Source: Bdellovibrionales bacterium (GTDB taxonomy: Bacteria > Bdellovibrionota > Bdellovibrionia > Bdellovibrionales > UBA1609). Taken from it: DNA of 48,199 bases. The stretch covers positions 1-48,199 of the forward strand of contig JALHOQ010000003.1 of NCBI GenBank assembly GCA_022842925.1, read 5' to 3'. Below, piece by piece: positions 19,216 through 28,197 of this stretch. A program made the translations under genes and the position numbers. How positions within the stretch are numbered: position 1 is the stretch's first letter; the number at the start of each line of letters is the position of its first letter. The notes under the pieces are model-generated. The model saw only the letters and a program-made list of their open reading frames with translations, made no database searches and was not told the origin of the DNA.

Positions 19216-19416
19216 ACTAGCGGGATCGTCGGCAAGGTCGTGTCCGGTGCCGTTTATCCATAAGACCACGTACTTTACGCCCGCCGCTCCTCCCCAACTA
19301 CACCCCATGCACCGCTTGCAAAGAGCTCAAGCTTAGAACTCGCATGTTTCGCGGCATGATCAATTTAAGACTTTTGGCCGAGCTATTGCTACGTCAAAGC
19401 TCCACAGGAGATCTCA

Positions 19417-20937
19417 TTGATTCTGCGGGCTTATACGCTTCTTAGAAAGCCTTTTTTCGGCGTAACCGGAGTCCAAATTCGGCTCTTTTTGGCCACGCTA
19501 CCTCTTCTGCTTCTCGCAGTGGGGGCCGCGGCAACGTCGGATTGCGAAGAGGCCCTCCACGGCGCGCCACTTGAGCTGTCGCGGCTGGTGAAGGTGGCCT
19601 TACAGAGCGGCATCCTGAGCGCCGACCGGCTGCGGACGGAGCTGGAGTCGGACACTCCCCGTTTCGAGCTCAAAGGCAAGCCGCTCACGTCTACGTCGCT
19701 TCCGGTTGTGCAGGGGTTAAAACGGGCGGCGGCTAAAGTGAACTCCGCGCAATGGGCTATGTCACGTGGGCTGTTCGGTCAACTTCTCACCGATTTGCAC
19801 GATCAATCTCAGAAAAGCGCTGAAGCGCGCATCGAGACCGCGCCGCTTTTGCATCCGAAGCGCGTTCTTAGTTTTGAAACCAACGAGCGTTATGTCAACG
19901 GACTGCGCCTGACTGTAACTCCGGACGAGCGCATTTGGGTCTCTTACATGGGAGAATCCATTCATCTGCATCCGGCGGACGAGCCCGCGGCCGATCAACC
20001 TCAGAAGCTGGGTTCTTCGGATGTGTTTGCCCCGCTGGACAGCCTGCTCACGGTGGAGCCCGATGGTCGCCCGCTCCTCCATGTGATGGCCACCCGCGAT
20101 CACAAGCCCGCATGGTGGCGCTTCACCGAAGTGTTGCTGTCGCGCTGGACCATGGCCTTTGGCGAGAAGCCGAAGCAGCTGGCTGAGATTATAAGTCCCA
20201 TGCGCAAAAACAGTTGGGGTAATCCCAAAATGTTCAAGCGCGGAGAACGGTTCTTTTTCAGTTATTTTTCTTTTACCAAACAGAACGGCCGCGAGCACAT
20301 GGTGTTTGAACTTCCAGCGCCGGGGCAACCCGTAAAAAACTATAGCTTACTCAACCAATCCGAGACTGGCTTCGTCCCCACGGCCGATGGCATTTACCGT
20401 CATGCCATGAGACCTCTGGCATTCGAGTTCAATGGAAAGCTTTTTTCCGGTTACGCGCATAAAAAAGAAGTCGTTCTTGAAAGTGAAGGCCGGACTCAGA
20501 TATTCGAGATGCCCTACGAGGTGCACCACGAATTTACAGTAAACTTGGATAATGGCGAACCTGTCATCGCGGTTAATCTGCATTCGAACTCGGAATGGTT
20601 TATCGGACTTATAAAACCATTCGCCAGCTCGGATCAGGTCCGCGTCTACAGTTCTATAATTGGCTGGCCACAATTTAAACAGTGGGTTCGGCTACCCAAT
20701 GGCGGGCGCTTGCTCAGTCTTTCGGTGCGGAACTCCGGAAAAACCCAGACCGTCTTCTTCGATGAGCGGATCGGGTTCAGCCAGCCCATTGAGATGAAAG
20801 GGAATGGTAAGTTGATTTTCGCGACCGGCCAGAAGAACGTTTACTTCCTAATGCACGATGAGGAGTCCACCCTCGCAAGAGTCTCCAACCCCACGGTCGA
20901 TATCTACAGTCTGTTCAATGAGGTCGAACGCCGGTGA
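19417..20937 (+). CDS. exported hypothetical protein (506 aa), distant paralogue of 16158-17642
   Basis: TTG start after AGGAGA. Hydrophobic LFLATLPLLLLAVGAAA followed by TSDCEEALH. Similar size and N-terminal architecture to 16158-17642. Confidence 0.65.
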   Translation: MILRAYTLLRKPFFGVTGVQIRLFLATLPLLLLAVGAAATSDCEEALHGAPLELSRLVKVALQSGILSADRLRTELESDTPRFELKGKPLTSTSLPVVQGLKRAAAKVNSAQWAMSRGLFGQLLTDLHDQSQKSAEARIETAPLLHPKRVLSFETNERYVNGLRLTVTPDERIWVSYMGESIHLHPADEPAADQPQKLGSSDVFAPLDSLLTVEPDGRPLLHVMATRDHKPAWWRFTEVLLSRWTMAFGEKPKQLAEIISPMRKNSWGNPKMFKRGERFFFSYFSFTKQNGREHMVFELPAPGQPVKNYSLLNQSETGFVPTADGIYRHAMRPLAFEFNGKLFSGYAHKKEVVLESEGRTQIFEMPYEVHHEFTVNLDNGEPVIAVNLHSNSEWFIGLIKPFASSDQVRVYSSIIGWPQFKQWVRLPNGGRLLSLSVRNSGKTQTVFFDERIGFSQPIEMKGNGKLIFATGQKNVYFLMHDEESTLARVSNPTVDIYSLFNEVERR

Positions 20938-21001
20938 ATCTGCAACCTCAACGTCGAACTCGGCCCAGATTCAGGAGCGGGAAGAGATTAGAAACCTGGC
21001 C

Positions 21002-21553
21002 TTAGCTTCCCGCCGCGCAGATGATTTCCACGGATTCAATTTGGGAAAGTGGATAAAACGTTTCTTTAGCTATGGCCTCAATTCGGCCGTCAGCCGAATT
21101 GTGATTCTGGATTAAGAAGTTCAGCACTCCCGCCTCCGAGCCAATTTGGCCGTTGCGAAAAGGGAGGGCAAAGTAGTTGCTGGTATCATTCACCAGTGCA
21201 ATTCTGTTATTGCCATTGTAGCGCGAGACTCCGAAGGGGAAATCGACTCCGATCTCAAAATACAGATTGGAATTTGACTCGGAACTCTTATTGAAGGGCA
21301 GACCATCCCCGATCGGTTGGCCGAAGTTATGACGAATTCGTGCGGAAAAACCGCCCGCGTGAGCTTCGTACACTCGACCACTTTCATTTTCGATAACCAG
21401 ATTAAAATTTCCTTGGTCAGGCGCTTTCATCTTATCTGAATGGAAGACCTGGAGCAGGCAGATTTCGAATTCAGTTCGAGGATCTCTCTGAGCCAAGCTT
21501 TGTGAGCACGTCAAAATCAGAATGGCCGTGGCCAGGATGGATGTCCAATTCAT
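21002..21553 (-). CDS. exported hypothetical protein (183 aa)
   Basis: ATG at 21553 preceded by GGAGGA. Signal peptide MNWTSILATAILILTCSQSLAQ. Confidence 0.65.
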   Translation of the reverse strand: MNWTSILATAILILTCSQSLAQRDPRTEFEICLLQVFHSDKMKAPDQGNFNLVIENESGRVYEAHAGGFSARIRHNFGQPIGDGLPFNKSSESNSNLYFEIGVDFPFGVSRYNGNNRIALVNDTSNYFALPFRNGQIGSEAGVLNFLIQNHNSADGRIEAIAKETFYPLSQIESVEIICAAGS

Positions 21554-21756
21554 TAATATTCCTCCGAATTGGTGCTCCGAATTGCAATTTAGGCTCCATC
21601 GTATAGGAGAACACGCAAGCTCCAACTGTTTACCCGAAACGAATATGGCGGCCTTTAGGCGCTATATTCGTCTCAGAGGGTGCCCATATTGGGCCGAAAA
21701 AGGTTGATTGGATCGGTTTCTCTGATACGTTCCTCCAAAATTTATGGGGGTAAACC

Positions 21757-22455
21757 TTGAAGTCGATTTTTCTAGTTGTATTGGCGTCTTTGGCCAGTTT
21801 CATTCCTGCGGCCTTTGCAGGTCCTAACGCGAAAGTCGGTAGTCCTCAGTTTCAGTTCGAAGACGCCCAAGCGGCCTTTGTTGGCGCCGAAGCGATGACA
21901 AGAAACAAATTGGTGCGTCGCTGGCAAATGGTGGGAATTGCCAACAGTCCCTCGGTTAAGGGTGATAGCGATGGCTACTTTGCCAATGGCCAGTATCGGG
22001 TCGATGGCCACCCGGGCTATTTCATGAATGTAATGGAGATCCACACGAAAAAAAATTCTGTGGATGTCGAAGTTGTTGAAAAGGTTCTAGGGGCAGAGTC
22101 AGGCAAGATTTACGGTTTAACGGGCCCGACGCCGGCTACTTTCACACCGACGGGGCTTGTTTTCGAGAATCCGGGAAGCAAAGAAATATGTCCCGCCCGA
22201 ACCGAGTGTCGACTATCCAGTTTTGGTCGAACAGCTCCGATGATGCTTTGTTCAATCACGAATACCGATGCCTCCTGTGGCACAGTGGGCGAGATTCATC
22301 GCTACGTGGGCTTTGTTAAGGCGACGTTGCCCACCAATGGGAACGGCGGGATTCGTGGCGATAGCGGCCTTGTCGAGCAATGCCGCCAGTACCCCTACCA
22401 GCCCTGGTGCCCCTGTCCTTACAATTACGGTTGCCGACGTCCCGATTTCCGCTAA
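21757..22455 (+). CDS. exported hypothetical protein (232 aa) with Cys/Pro-rich C-terminus
   Basis: TTG start. Signal peptide MKSIFLVVLASLASFIPAAFA. The tail is CRQYPYQPWCPCPYNYGCRRPDFR. Confidence 0.6.
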   Translation: MKSIFLVVLASLASFIPAAFAGPNAKVGSPQFQFEDAQAAFVGAEAMTRNKLVRRWQMVGIANSPSVKGDSDGYFANGQYRVDGHPGYFMNVMEIHTKKNSVDVEVVEKVLGAESGKIYGLTGPTPATFTPTGLVFENPGSKEICPARTECRLSSFGRTAPMMLCSITNTDASCGTVGEIHRYVGFVKATLPTNGNGGIRGDSGLVEQCRQYPYQPWCPCPYNYGCRRPDFR

Positions 22456-22476
22456 TTCTCGCAAATTCACCAATGT

Positions 22477-22500
22477 CGAACTCGGCCCGGGGTGAGTTCG
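22477..22500. repeat. REP-like palindrome (GC-type)
   Basis: CGAACTCGGCCCGGGGTGAGTTCG, 22 nt after the stop at 22455. Confidence 0.6.
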
Positions 22501-22731
22501 AAAGACAGCTAAGCTGACAATCCGCCTTCTCGATCGACCTCCCAGATTTGTCACTTCTAGCTCAGGAGTCGCAATCAGCGGCATCTAGGAGATCTCCTCT
22601 CAAATCTGCATAGGGCCCGTAAGCTAAATTGACGGCACCGACCTTGCTGATAAGAGCCCTTTGTCCGTTCGCTTTAGAGTTGCTGGGGCAATCAAGTACC
22701 CAGCATATGGAAACGGTTAAAGGGAATAAAC

Positions 22732-23133
22732 ATGCGATCAAAAGCCGCCATTTTAATTTTAATATTTTCGCTGACCGGCATCGCAAACGGAGCCGCCACA
22801 GACGCCAATAAAGAGCGGATGGCCTTAATGAATGTCGTTTTAAATTCTGAAGAACTGGTGAAATTGGTCGGTGAATACGGCCGCGATGGCTTTGTATTTG
22901 ACGGAATGAACTGGCTTAACACCTATGACAACTTCAGATATTACAATTTAACGTTTAAGAAATTTAATTTGCAGGGGAGCGAAAAGGAAGGTCAGAGGAT
23001 TTACACCTCGATCACGACGACCTGCCACCATCGCGTCACCTTGAAATCGGGATTAGTCGCGAGCATTGATCCCACCGGCTGCAGTGAAGAACGCCAGTCT
23101 ATTTCGGAAAAAGAACTGCTCGGAAAAAGGTAA
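22732..23133 (+). CDS. small exported protein (133 aa)
   Basis: Signal peptide MRSKAAILILIFSLTGIANG. The next gene follows after a 3-nt gap. Confidence 0.6.
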   Translation: MRSKAAILILIFSLTGIANGAATDANKERMALMNVVLNSEELVKLVGEYGRDGFVFDGMNWLNTYDNFRYYNLTFKKFNLQGSEKEGQRIYTSITTTCHHRVTLKSGLVASIDPTGCSEERQSISEKELLGKR

Positions 23134-23136
23134 ACC

Positions 23137-23514
23137 ATGTTGAATGCTGTTTTAGGTGCATTAATCTTGCTACAGGCAAGTCCAAGCTTTGCAACAGCTG
23201 AGACACCTCGCTCCGTATGTGATGCGTTGCAAGCTCAATTTTCGTTAGAAAAATTAGACTATTCCGAAGCTAACGAATCCTTTACCGACGGCTGTTCTAC
23301 TCAAACCATAAAATGCACGTTTCCAGTTCGCGGCGACTCTGATGCCGATCAAATCAAAGCATTCTTGGTCTCTGAGGACCGTTGGAAGCGCTGGGAGAAA
23401 TCTTGCTCTGCTTTGAACCTTGAGCCAAGATTCATGCGAGGTCACACCAGCTTTGTTGGCAGTGGGTTCCCGCTTTATATCTTGATGTGCCATAAGGAAT
23501 CCAACTGCAACTAG
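23137..23514 (+). CDS. small exported protein (125 aa)
   Basis: Signal peptide MLNAVLGALILLQASPSFA followed by TPRSVCDALQ. Confidence 0.6.
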   Translation: MLNAVLGALILLQASPSFATAETPRSVCDALQAQFSLEKLDYSEANESFTDGCSTQTIKCTFPVRGDSDADQIKAFLVSEDRWKRWEKSCSALNLEPRFMRGHTSFVGSGFPLYILMCHKESNCN

Positions 23515-23658
23515 TTCCATAAATCGGTTAGGCCGAAAAAAGGGCACCCCCACCTAAAACTTCTACAGGGGGAGACACAAAAGTGAGCCGCCTAATCGCT
23601 CAGGCTCGAGCCCGCGTCCTTTTCATTGGAATGCCGTTTGCCTTTGAGGAGAGCACTC

Positions 23659-25395
23659 ATGCGATTGATCCTTTTGCTCCTCTTTCTGCCGTTAGCCGCC
23701 ATGGCCAAATGGTCCAATAACGATTGCGAAGATCGCCTGCTTCCGGTGGCGGACGGCACGCGTGAACGCTTCGTCTTTGGATCCGCGACGTACCTCAATT
23801 TATCTCTGCTCAAAGAGTATGAATCGATTTCTCCTGAAGTTCGCCAGCGTTTCGATCAAGAGGTCCGAGCGGTTGAGCACCTCAGCCGTCGCCAAGCCCA
23901 TGAAATCGCGCTGGCCTACCATCAAAGTCCGGATGAACCCAACCGGCTCAAACTCTTTAACGCCATGAGGATTCTAGTTCCCATCGCCAGTCGCCATCTT
24001 CTGGCCAGATTAAATGGGCCCGACGATCTCGAAGACTATTTTCAGGTCGGCTACGCCGGACTTTGGCAAGCGTTACCGAACGTCCCTAAAATCGCCCCGC
24101 GCAAAATGAAGAGCCTTCTCTACTGGGAGGGCGTGGCCAATGGGCTGCGCAAGCAGATTTTTTATAATATGCGCCGGCAGTTTCGGACTCAGTACTCGCT
24201 GACGCCCGTCTCTTTTGCGAAGGGATCGGAGTTTTCGTTTGAGGAGGAAATTCTACTCTTTGGCTTTTCACCAGAGGAAAGGGCCAAAATCGCAGCCGAT
24301 TATGGCCGCAAGGCGGAGGAAGCCGAAGCCGAATGGCAGCTGCAAATGGCCTCGGTCCTCCACCACTTGCAAACCGACGAAGCCACGGAACCCGCTTCAG
24401 CTGAGGAGCAGATTGAAGAGGAGTATGTGCGATCGGAGCTCAAGCAGCTTGTTGATCGGAGTTTGTTAAAGCTACCTCCCCGAGTGGAGCGAATTCTCCG
24501 TATGTCAGTGATGGCTGAAATGACTTTAGAACAGGTCGGCAATAAGATTGGTGTGACGAAAGAGCGCATCCGGCAACAAGAGATGCAGGGCCTACGCGTC
24601 CTCATGCACCCCGCTTATTCGCGTAAGCTCAAAGAATACCAAGACGGTTTTTATGATATTGATGACCCAAAAGTTAAGTGGGATCGAATAGTTGTTCAGT
24701 CGCAACGCAAGCAAGCCGCCGCCGCGGCTAAGGCTTGGGAAGCCGAGAGAGCCAAAATTGAACGCCAGAAGGCAGAGCTGGCCCAAACTGACCTTCGGGA
24801 ACGGGAGTTAAAGGCCCGTGAAAAACTGACGCAAACTCTAAATGCGCACAAGCGAGAATTTGCGACAACAATGGCAAACCTTTATCGCCTGCTGGATCGC
24901 TACGGAACGGAGTACTCCGATCTTCAAGAATCTGCCAAAGGACTTGAGCGCAAGGTGACGGAGGCGAAAGCGGACTTCTTTGGTGCCGTGGACACGCTTC
25001 TGGCTAAGCCGATCGCATCCGCAACCAAGGAAGCCGAGCTCATCCAAGATCGCAATCGGCGGCAACCCCTGCTCCAAACCTTGTCGCAGCACCTCTCGCA
25101 ATTCATTCCGAAGATCCGAGATTTACAATCACGTATTGAAGAAACCGAAGAAGAAAAGGCGAAAAAAATTGAAATCACGGCGCGCGAAGTCTCGCATATT
25201 GCGCAGGCCTTAGAAGCCATGGTCCAACTTCAGGACAAAGGGAATTCAAGTCCCATTGTGGAATCCCAGCGGGCCGAACTGGCCCGGCAACTCAAGTTGA
25301 AGCGCGAGGAGCTGGATCGAATTCAGCTTCCATTCGACCATGAGATTCAGGCCACACTCAGCACATTGAGAATAATTATAAAACAAGGCCCGTAA
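23659..25395 (+). CDS. sigma-70-like protein with N-terminal signal/anchor sequence and ~230-aa C-terminal coiled-coil tail
   Basis: ATG at 23659 after GAGGAGAG. N-terminus MRLILLLLFLPLAAMA. Region-2-like LFNAMRILVPIASRHLLARLNGPDDLEDYFQVGYAGLWQAL...LLYWEGVANGLRKQIFYNMRRQ. Region-4 HTH LPPRVERILRMSVMAEMTLEQVGNKIGVTKERIRQQEMQGLRVL. The tail is rich in K/E/Q/A heptad-like sequence. Confidence 0.65.
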   Translation: MRLILLLLFLPLAAMAKWSNNDCEDRLLPVADGTRERFVFGSATYLNLSLLKEYESISPEVRQRFDQEVRAVEHLSRRQAHEIALAYHQSPDEPNRLKLFNAMRILVPIASRHLLARLNGPDDLEDYFQVGYAGLWQALPNVPKIAPRKMKSLLYWEGVANGLRKQIFYNMRRQFRTQYSLTPVSFAKGSEFSFEEEILLFGFSPEERAKIAADYGRKAEEAEAEWQLQMASVLHHLQTDEATEPASAEEQIEEEYVRSELKQLVDRSLLKLPPRVERILRMSVMAEMTLEQVGNKIGVTKERIRQQEMQGLRVLMHPAYSRKLKEYQDGFYDIDDPKVKWDRIVVQSQRKQAAAAAKAWEAERAKIERQKAELAQTDLRERELKAREKLTQTLNAHKREFATTMANLYRLLDRYGTEYSDLQESAKGLERKVTEAKADFFGAVDTLLAKPIASATKEAELIQDRNRRQPLLQTLSQHLSQFIPKIRDLQSRIEETEEEKAKKIEITAREVSHIAQALEAMVQLQDKGNSSPIVESQRAELARQLKLKREELDRIQLPFDHEIQATLSTLRIIIKQGP

Positions 25396-25413
25396 TTAGG
25401 ATCCACCAGCACT

Positions 25414-25435
25414 GAACTCGGCCCGGACCGAGTTC
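25414..25435. repeat. REP-like palindrome (GC-type)
   Basis: GAACTCGGCCCGGACCGAGTTC, 19 nt after the stop at 25395. Confidence 0.6.
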
Positions 25436-25506
25436 GAAATGAGCCTCACATTTGCCAAGAACAACCGGGTCGTCTATAATTTGCCTCTCTGCTGGAGGCT
25501 TACAAC

Positions 25507-25917
25507 ATGTCGTCTTATTTAGTCTTACCCGCCATCGTCGTTGTCGCTTTAATCCTGGATTATATCTGGATCGCGAAGATCGCCAATGGCCTTTACCTGC
25601 AGGCTTTTCAAGGATTCGGGCGAATCGTCGACGGGCAGTTCGTTCCGATATTATGGGCGGCGGCGGTGGTGTATTTGATCATTCCGGCGGCCGTCTATGT
25701 CTTTGTGGTTTCGTCGAGTGGTGGGCAGAGCTATGGACTTACGCTTCTGAAAGGTGGGTTCCTCGGCTTTTGTCTTTATGGCGTTTACGATTTCACCAAT
25801 CTGGCCACGATTCAAAACTGGACGCTTCGTCTTTCGCTGATCGATGTAGCCTGGGGAATTTTCCTCTGTGCCGTCTTGTCGTTGTTCGGTAAATTTCTGC
25901 TTGAGCGCGCTTCGTGA
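25507..25917 (+). CDS. DUF2177-family membrane protein
   Basis: 136 aa with 4 TM segments. Family-typical LDYIWIAKIANGLY...GVYDFTNLATIQNWTLRLSLIDVAWG. Confidence 0.75.
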   Translation: MSSYLVLPAIVVVALILDYIWIAKIANGLYLQAFQGFGRIVDGQFVPILWAAAVVYLIIPAAVYVFVVSSSGGQSYGLTLLKGGFLGFCLYGVYDFTNLATIQNWTLRLSLIDVAWGIFLCAVLSLFGKFLLERAS

Positions 25918-26411
25918 ACTTGCAGGGTTCGCTGTTTAACTTTGTCTGGTTTCAAGCGGGTTGGTGGGCCACGGCGTTTTTGGTGGCGAGCGGTTATCCC
26001 TTTTGGGCGGCGGCTTTGTTGGCCGCGATGGCCGGCGTTCACCTTCTCATTCACCGCGATCGGGCCGGAGAGCTCACACGCCTGGCCAATGTGGCCTTCG
26101 CCGGCTACTCCATGGATTCACTTTTCGCTTATCAGGGCCTGCTACAGGTGACGCCGCCTTTCGCAATTGGACTGCCGCATTTTTGGCTGCTGGGATTGTG
26201 GCTTCTATTCGCGACGACCGTGAATCATTCTTTGGCTTGGATGTTCGCAAGGCCTTGGCTGGCCGCCGCTCTGGGAGCAGTATTTGGGCCGCTGACCTAT
26301 TGGTTGGCGGGCGAGGGCTTTGGGGTGGTTCGCTTTACGAGCGTCGATGGGCCTTTTTATTACGCTGCCGGATGGGCGCTCTTAATGTATTTTACGGCTA
26401 AGAGGTTTTGA
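25914..26411 (+). CDS. DUF2878-family membrane protein
   Basis: GTGA overlap with the upstream gene. N-terminus LFNFVWFQAGWWATAFLVASG is typical for the family. Multi-TM. Confidence 0.65.
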   Translation: MNLQGSLFNFVWFQAGWWATAFLVASGYPFWAAALLAAMAGVHLLIHRDRAGELTRLANVAFAGYSMDSLFAYQGLLQVTPPFAIGLPHFWLLGLWLLFATTVNHSLAWMFARPWLAAALGAVFGPLTYWLAGEGFGVVRFTSVDGPFYYAAGWALLMYFTAKRF

Positions 26412-26412
26412 T

Positions 26413-27192
26413 ATGAATCTAAAAGGACAGGTCGTTTTGTTGACGGGAGCCAGCCGGGGAATCGGTTTGGCTTTGGCCCAGTCACTGGCCGGACGAGGGG
26501 CGAAGTTGCACTTGGTTTCACGCCGGTTTGCGCCGGAAATGAAAGCGGATCTCGAGCAGCGCGGCGCCGAGAGCGTGCGCCTATGGGAAAAAGATTTGTC
26601 GATCATGAGTCAAGCCGATGAGTTGGCCCGCGCACTTGAAGGCGAGTCGATCGATGTTTTAATCAATAATGCGGGCTTGCTGACTGGCGGATTGCTCGAG
26701 GAGCAGGACCCCGATGCAATCGATCAGATGTTGATGGTCAATGTTCACGCGGTGATTCGCTTAACCCGAAAGCTCTTACCCCACATGCTCGCCCGCCGGT
26801 CCGGCAAAATCGTGAACAACGCCAGTGTCTCGGGAAAAATGTTTTTTCCCTGCGCCAGCACATATGCCGCATCCAAAGCCGCGGTGGTGGCCTTTACCGA
26901 GTCCTTAAAGCAAGAATTGCGCGGCACCGGCGTGTCGACTTTGCTTTTAATCACGCCCGGCGTGAAGACAGCCATGTACGATGAAATCCAGGATCTCTAC
27001 GGCGGTCATTTGGATCTCTCATTTATGAATTCGATTCCGGCCGAAGAATGGGCCGAACGAGTCGTCCGCGCCATCGAAGACGATGAAGACACCCTCTGGC
27101 CGACCGGCTCGAGCCACTTGGGCGTCAAATTCGCTCACCACCTACCCGCTTTATTCGAGAGGGTTGTGCGGCCGAAGTTTAAGCGCTCGTAG
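26413..27192 (+). CDS. short-chain dehydrogenase/reductase (SDR)
   Basis: TGASRGIGLALA (TGxxxGxG), NNAG and the YAASKAAV (YxxxK) motif. Starts 1 nt after the upstream stop. Confidence 0.9.
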   Translation: MNLKGQVVLLTGASRGIGLALAQSLAGRGAKLHLVSRRFAPEMKADLEQRGAESVRLWEKDLSIMSQADELARALEGESIDVLINNAGLLTGGLLEEQDPDAIDQMLMVNVHAVIRLTRKLLPHMLARRSGKIVNNASVSGKMFFPCASTYAASKAAVVAFTESLKQELRGTGVSTLLLITPGVKTAMYDEIQDLYGGHLDLSFMNSIPAEEWAERVVRAIEDDEDTLWPTGSSHLGVKFAHHLPALFERVVRPKFKRS

Positions 27193-27209
27193 GGATTTTA
27201 GTAATAAGA

Positions 27210-27557
27210 TTATTTAAATCGACCATCAGCTTGCGCTCGCTCGACTTCTTTTAGGCCCGCAGGTCTCATTTTGCCTGCTTTTATGAGTCGCCGCGCGTTT
27301 TTGATATTGAGTTTTGACCAGTTGCTTTTGCGCCTTCGAGGCGTAAATCTGTTGGTGTATCTTATCTCGTCAACCTTCTTTCGAATGCCGTCAATCCAGC
27401 CAAAACAGAGAGCTTCCTCGACCGCCTCCGCATATGAGACTGAGGTCTTTCCGGAATCCTTTTTGTAAAAGCCAATCCAAATTTCTAAAGAACTTCCGTG
27501 CTTTTCGGAAAACCAAATTCTTAAATCGGACCGAGTTTTAAAAAATCGTGGTTTCAT
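27210..27557 (-). CDS. YdeI/OmpD-associated family protein, apparently truncated at the C-terminus
   Basis: EIWIGFYKKDSGKTSVSYAEAVEEALCFGWIDGIRKKVDEIRYTNRFTPRRRKSNWSKLN matches the family core. At 115 aa it is shorter than the ~190 aa I expect for this family. Confidence 0.65.
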   Translation of the reverse strand: MKPRFFKTRSDLRIWFSEKHGSSLEIWIGFYKKDSGKTSVSYAEAVEEALCFGWIDGIRKKVDEIRYTNRFTPRRRKSNWSKLNIKNARRLIKAGKMRPAGLKEVERAQADGRFK

Positions 27558-27632
27558 ATCCCTCCCCTAGAGCCCCTATTCCTCAGCTTATCGCCACAAA
27601 ATAATGCAGTCCAAGAGATTTGAGAGTGTGGA

Positions 27633-27675
27633 CCCCGGCCCGGGCCAAGCTCGAACTCTGTACGTACAGAGTTCG
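27633..27675. repeat. composite REP element (GC-type + TGTACGTACA-type)
   Basis: CCCCGGCCCGGGCCAAGCT followed by the perfect 24-nt palindrome CGAACTCTGTACGTACAGAGTTCG (27652-27675). Confidence 0.8.
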
Positions 27676-27716
27676 AGAGTCCGAGTGAATGCCGAGCGGC
27701 CCTTCCGATCGTAAGG

Positions 27717-28070
27717 TCACTGAGCGCTGAGCGAAACCTGAGCGCCTGAGGGCAGAATCAAGACCATGTTCTCCACGATCTGACAGTCGCCAGAGAGCAC
27801 TGCGCGCATCACTTCCCCGCCCAGATTCACCGATAAAATCGTCTCACCGATATCTGGATCCGAATTCCGGCTCACCATAGACAGTGTCCCGCTCTGGCCA
27901 TTGAGCTTAAACGGCACAACCCTACCTGGGCCAATGCCACCTGTGGCTTCGAAAACTAGCTGACGCCCGGTGAGCGGGTTGGTTCCGATCAACGGTCCAT
28001 TGAAGGCGATGCCGCCAGCAAAGGCCTGGATCGAGAAAACTGCGAGTAGCACGAGAATCGTTTGAGTCAT
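27717..28070 (-). CDS. small exported protein (117 aa), paralogue of 35431-35784
   Basis: Signal peptide MTQTILVLLAVFSIQAFA. About 80 percent aa identity with 35431-35784. Identical GGGAGGAGGTATTTATG translation initiation region. Confidence 0.7.
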   Translation of the reverse strand: MTQTILVLLAVFSIQAFAGGIAFNGPLIGTNPLTGRQLVFEATGGIGPGRVVPFKLNGQSGTLSMVSRNSDPDIGETILSVNLGGEVMRAVLSGDCQIVENMVLILPSGAQVSLSAQ

Positions 28071-28197
28071 AAATACCTCCTCCCCTATTGATGAGGTATT
28101 TCCTGCGCTAAAACAATTTTCTTTAAGTTACTTATTGTTAACTTTTAGTTTCCTAACAGAGATTGTCATGACCCAAACGATCCACAAAGCCGAAACA

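Noticed and set aside
22629-22656. Sigma-70-type promoter TTGACG-N16-TAAGAG upstream of 22732
   Set aside because: The -10 hexamer is poor. It is a single unsupported match that cannot be distinguished from chance by eye.
25452-26401. Alternative-frame ORFs 25452-25892, 25942-26151 and 25961-26401
   Set aside because: They overlap the DUF2177 and DUF2878 genes, whose translations match known membrane-protein families. The alternatives are Arg/Gly-rich off-frame products.
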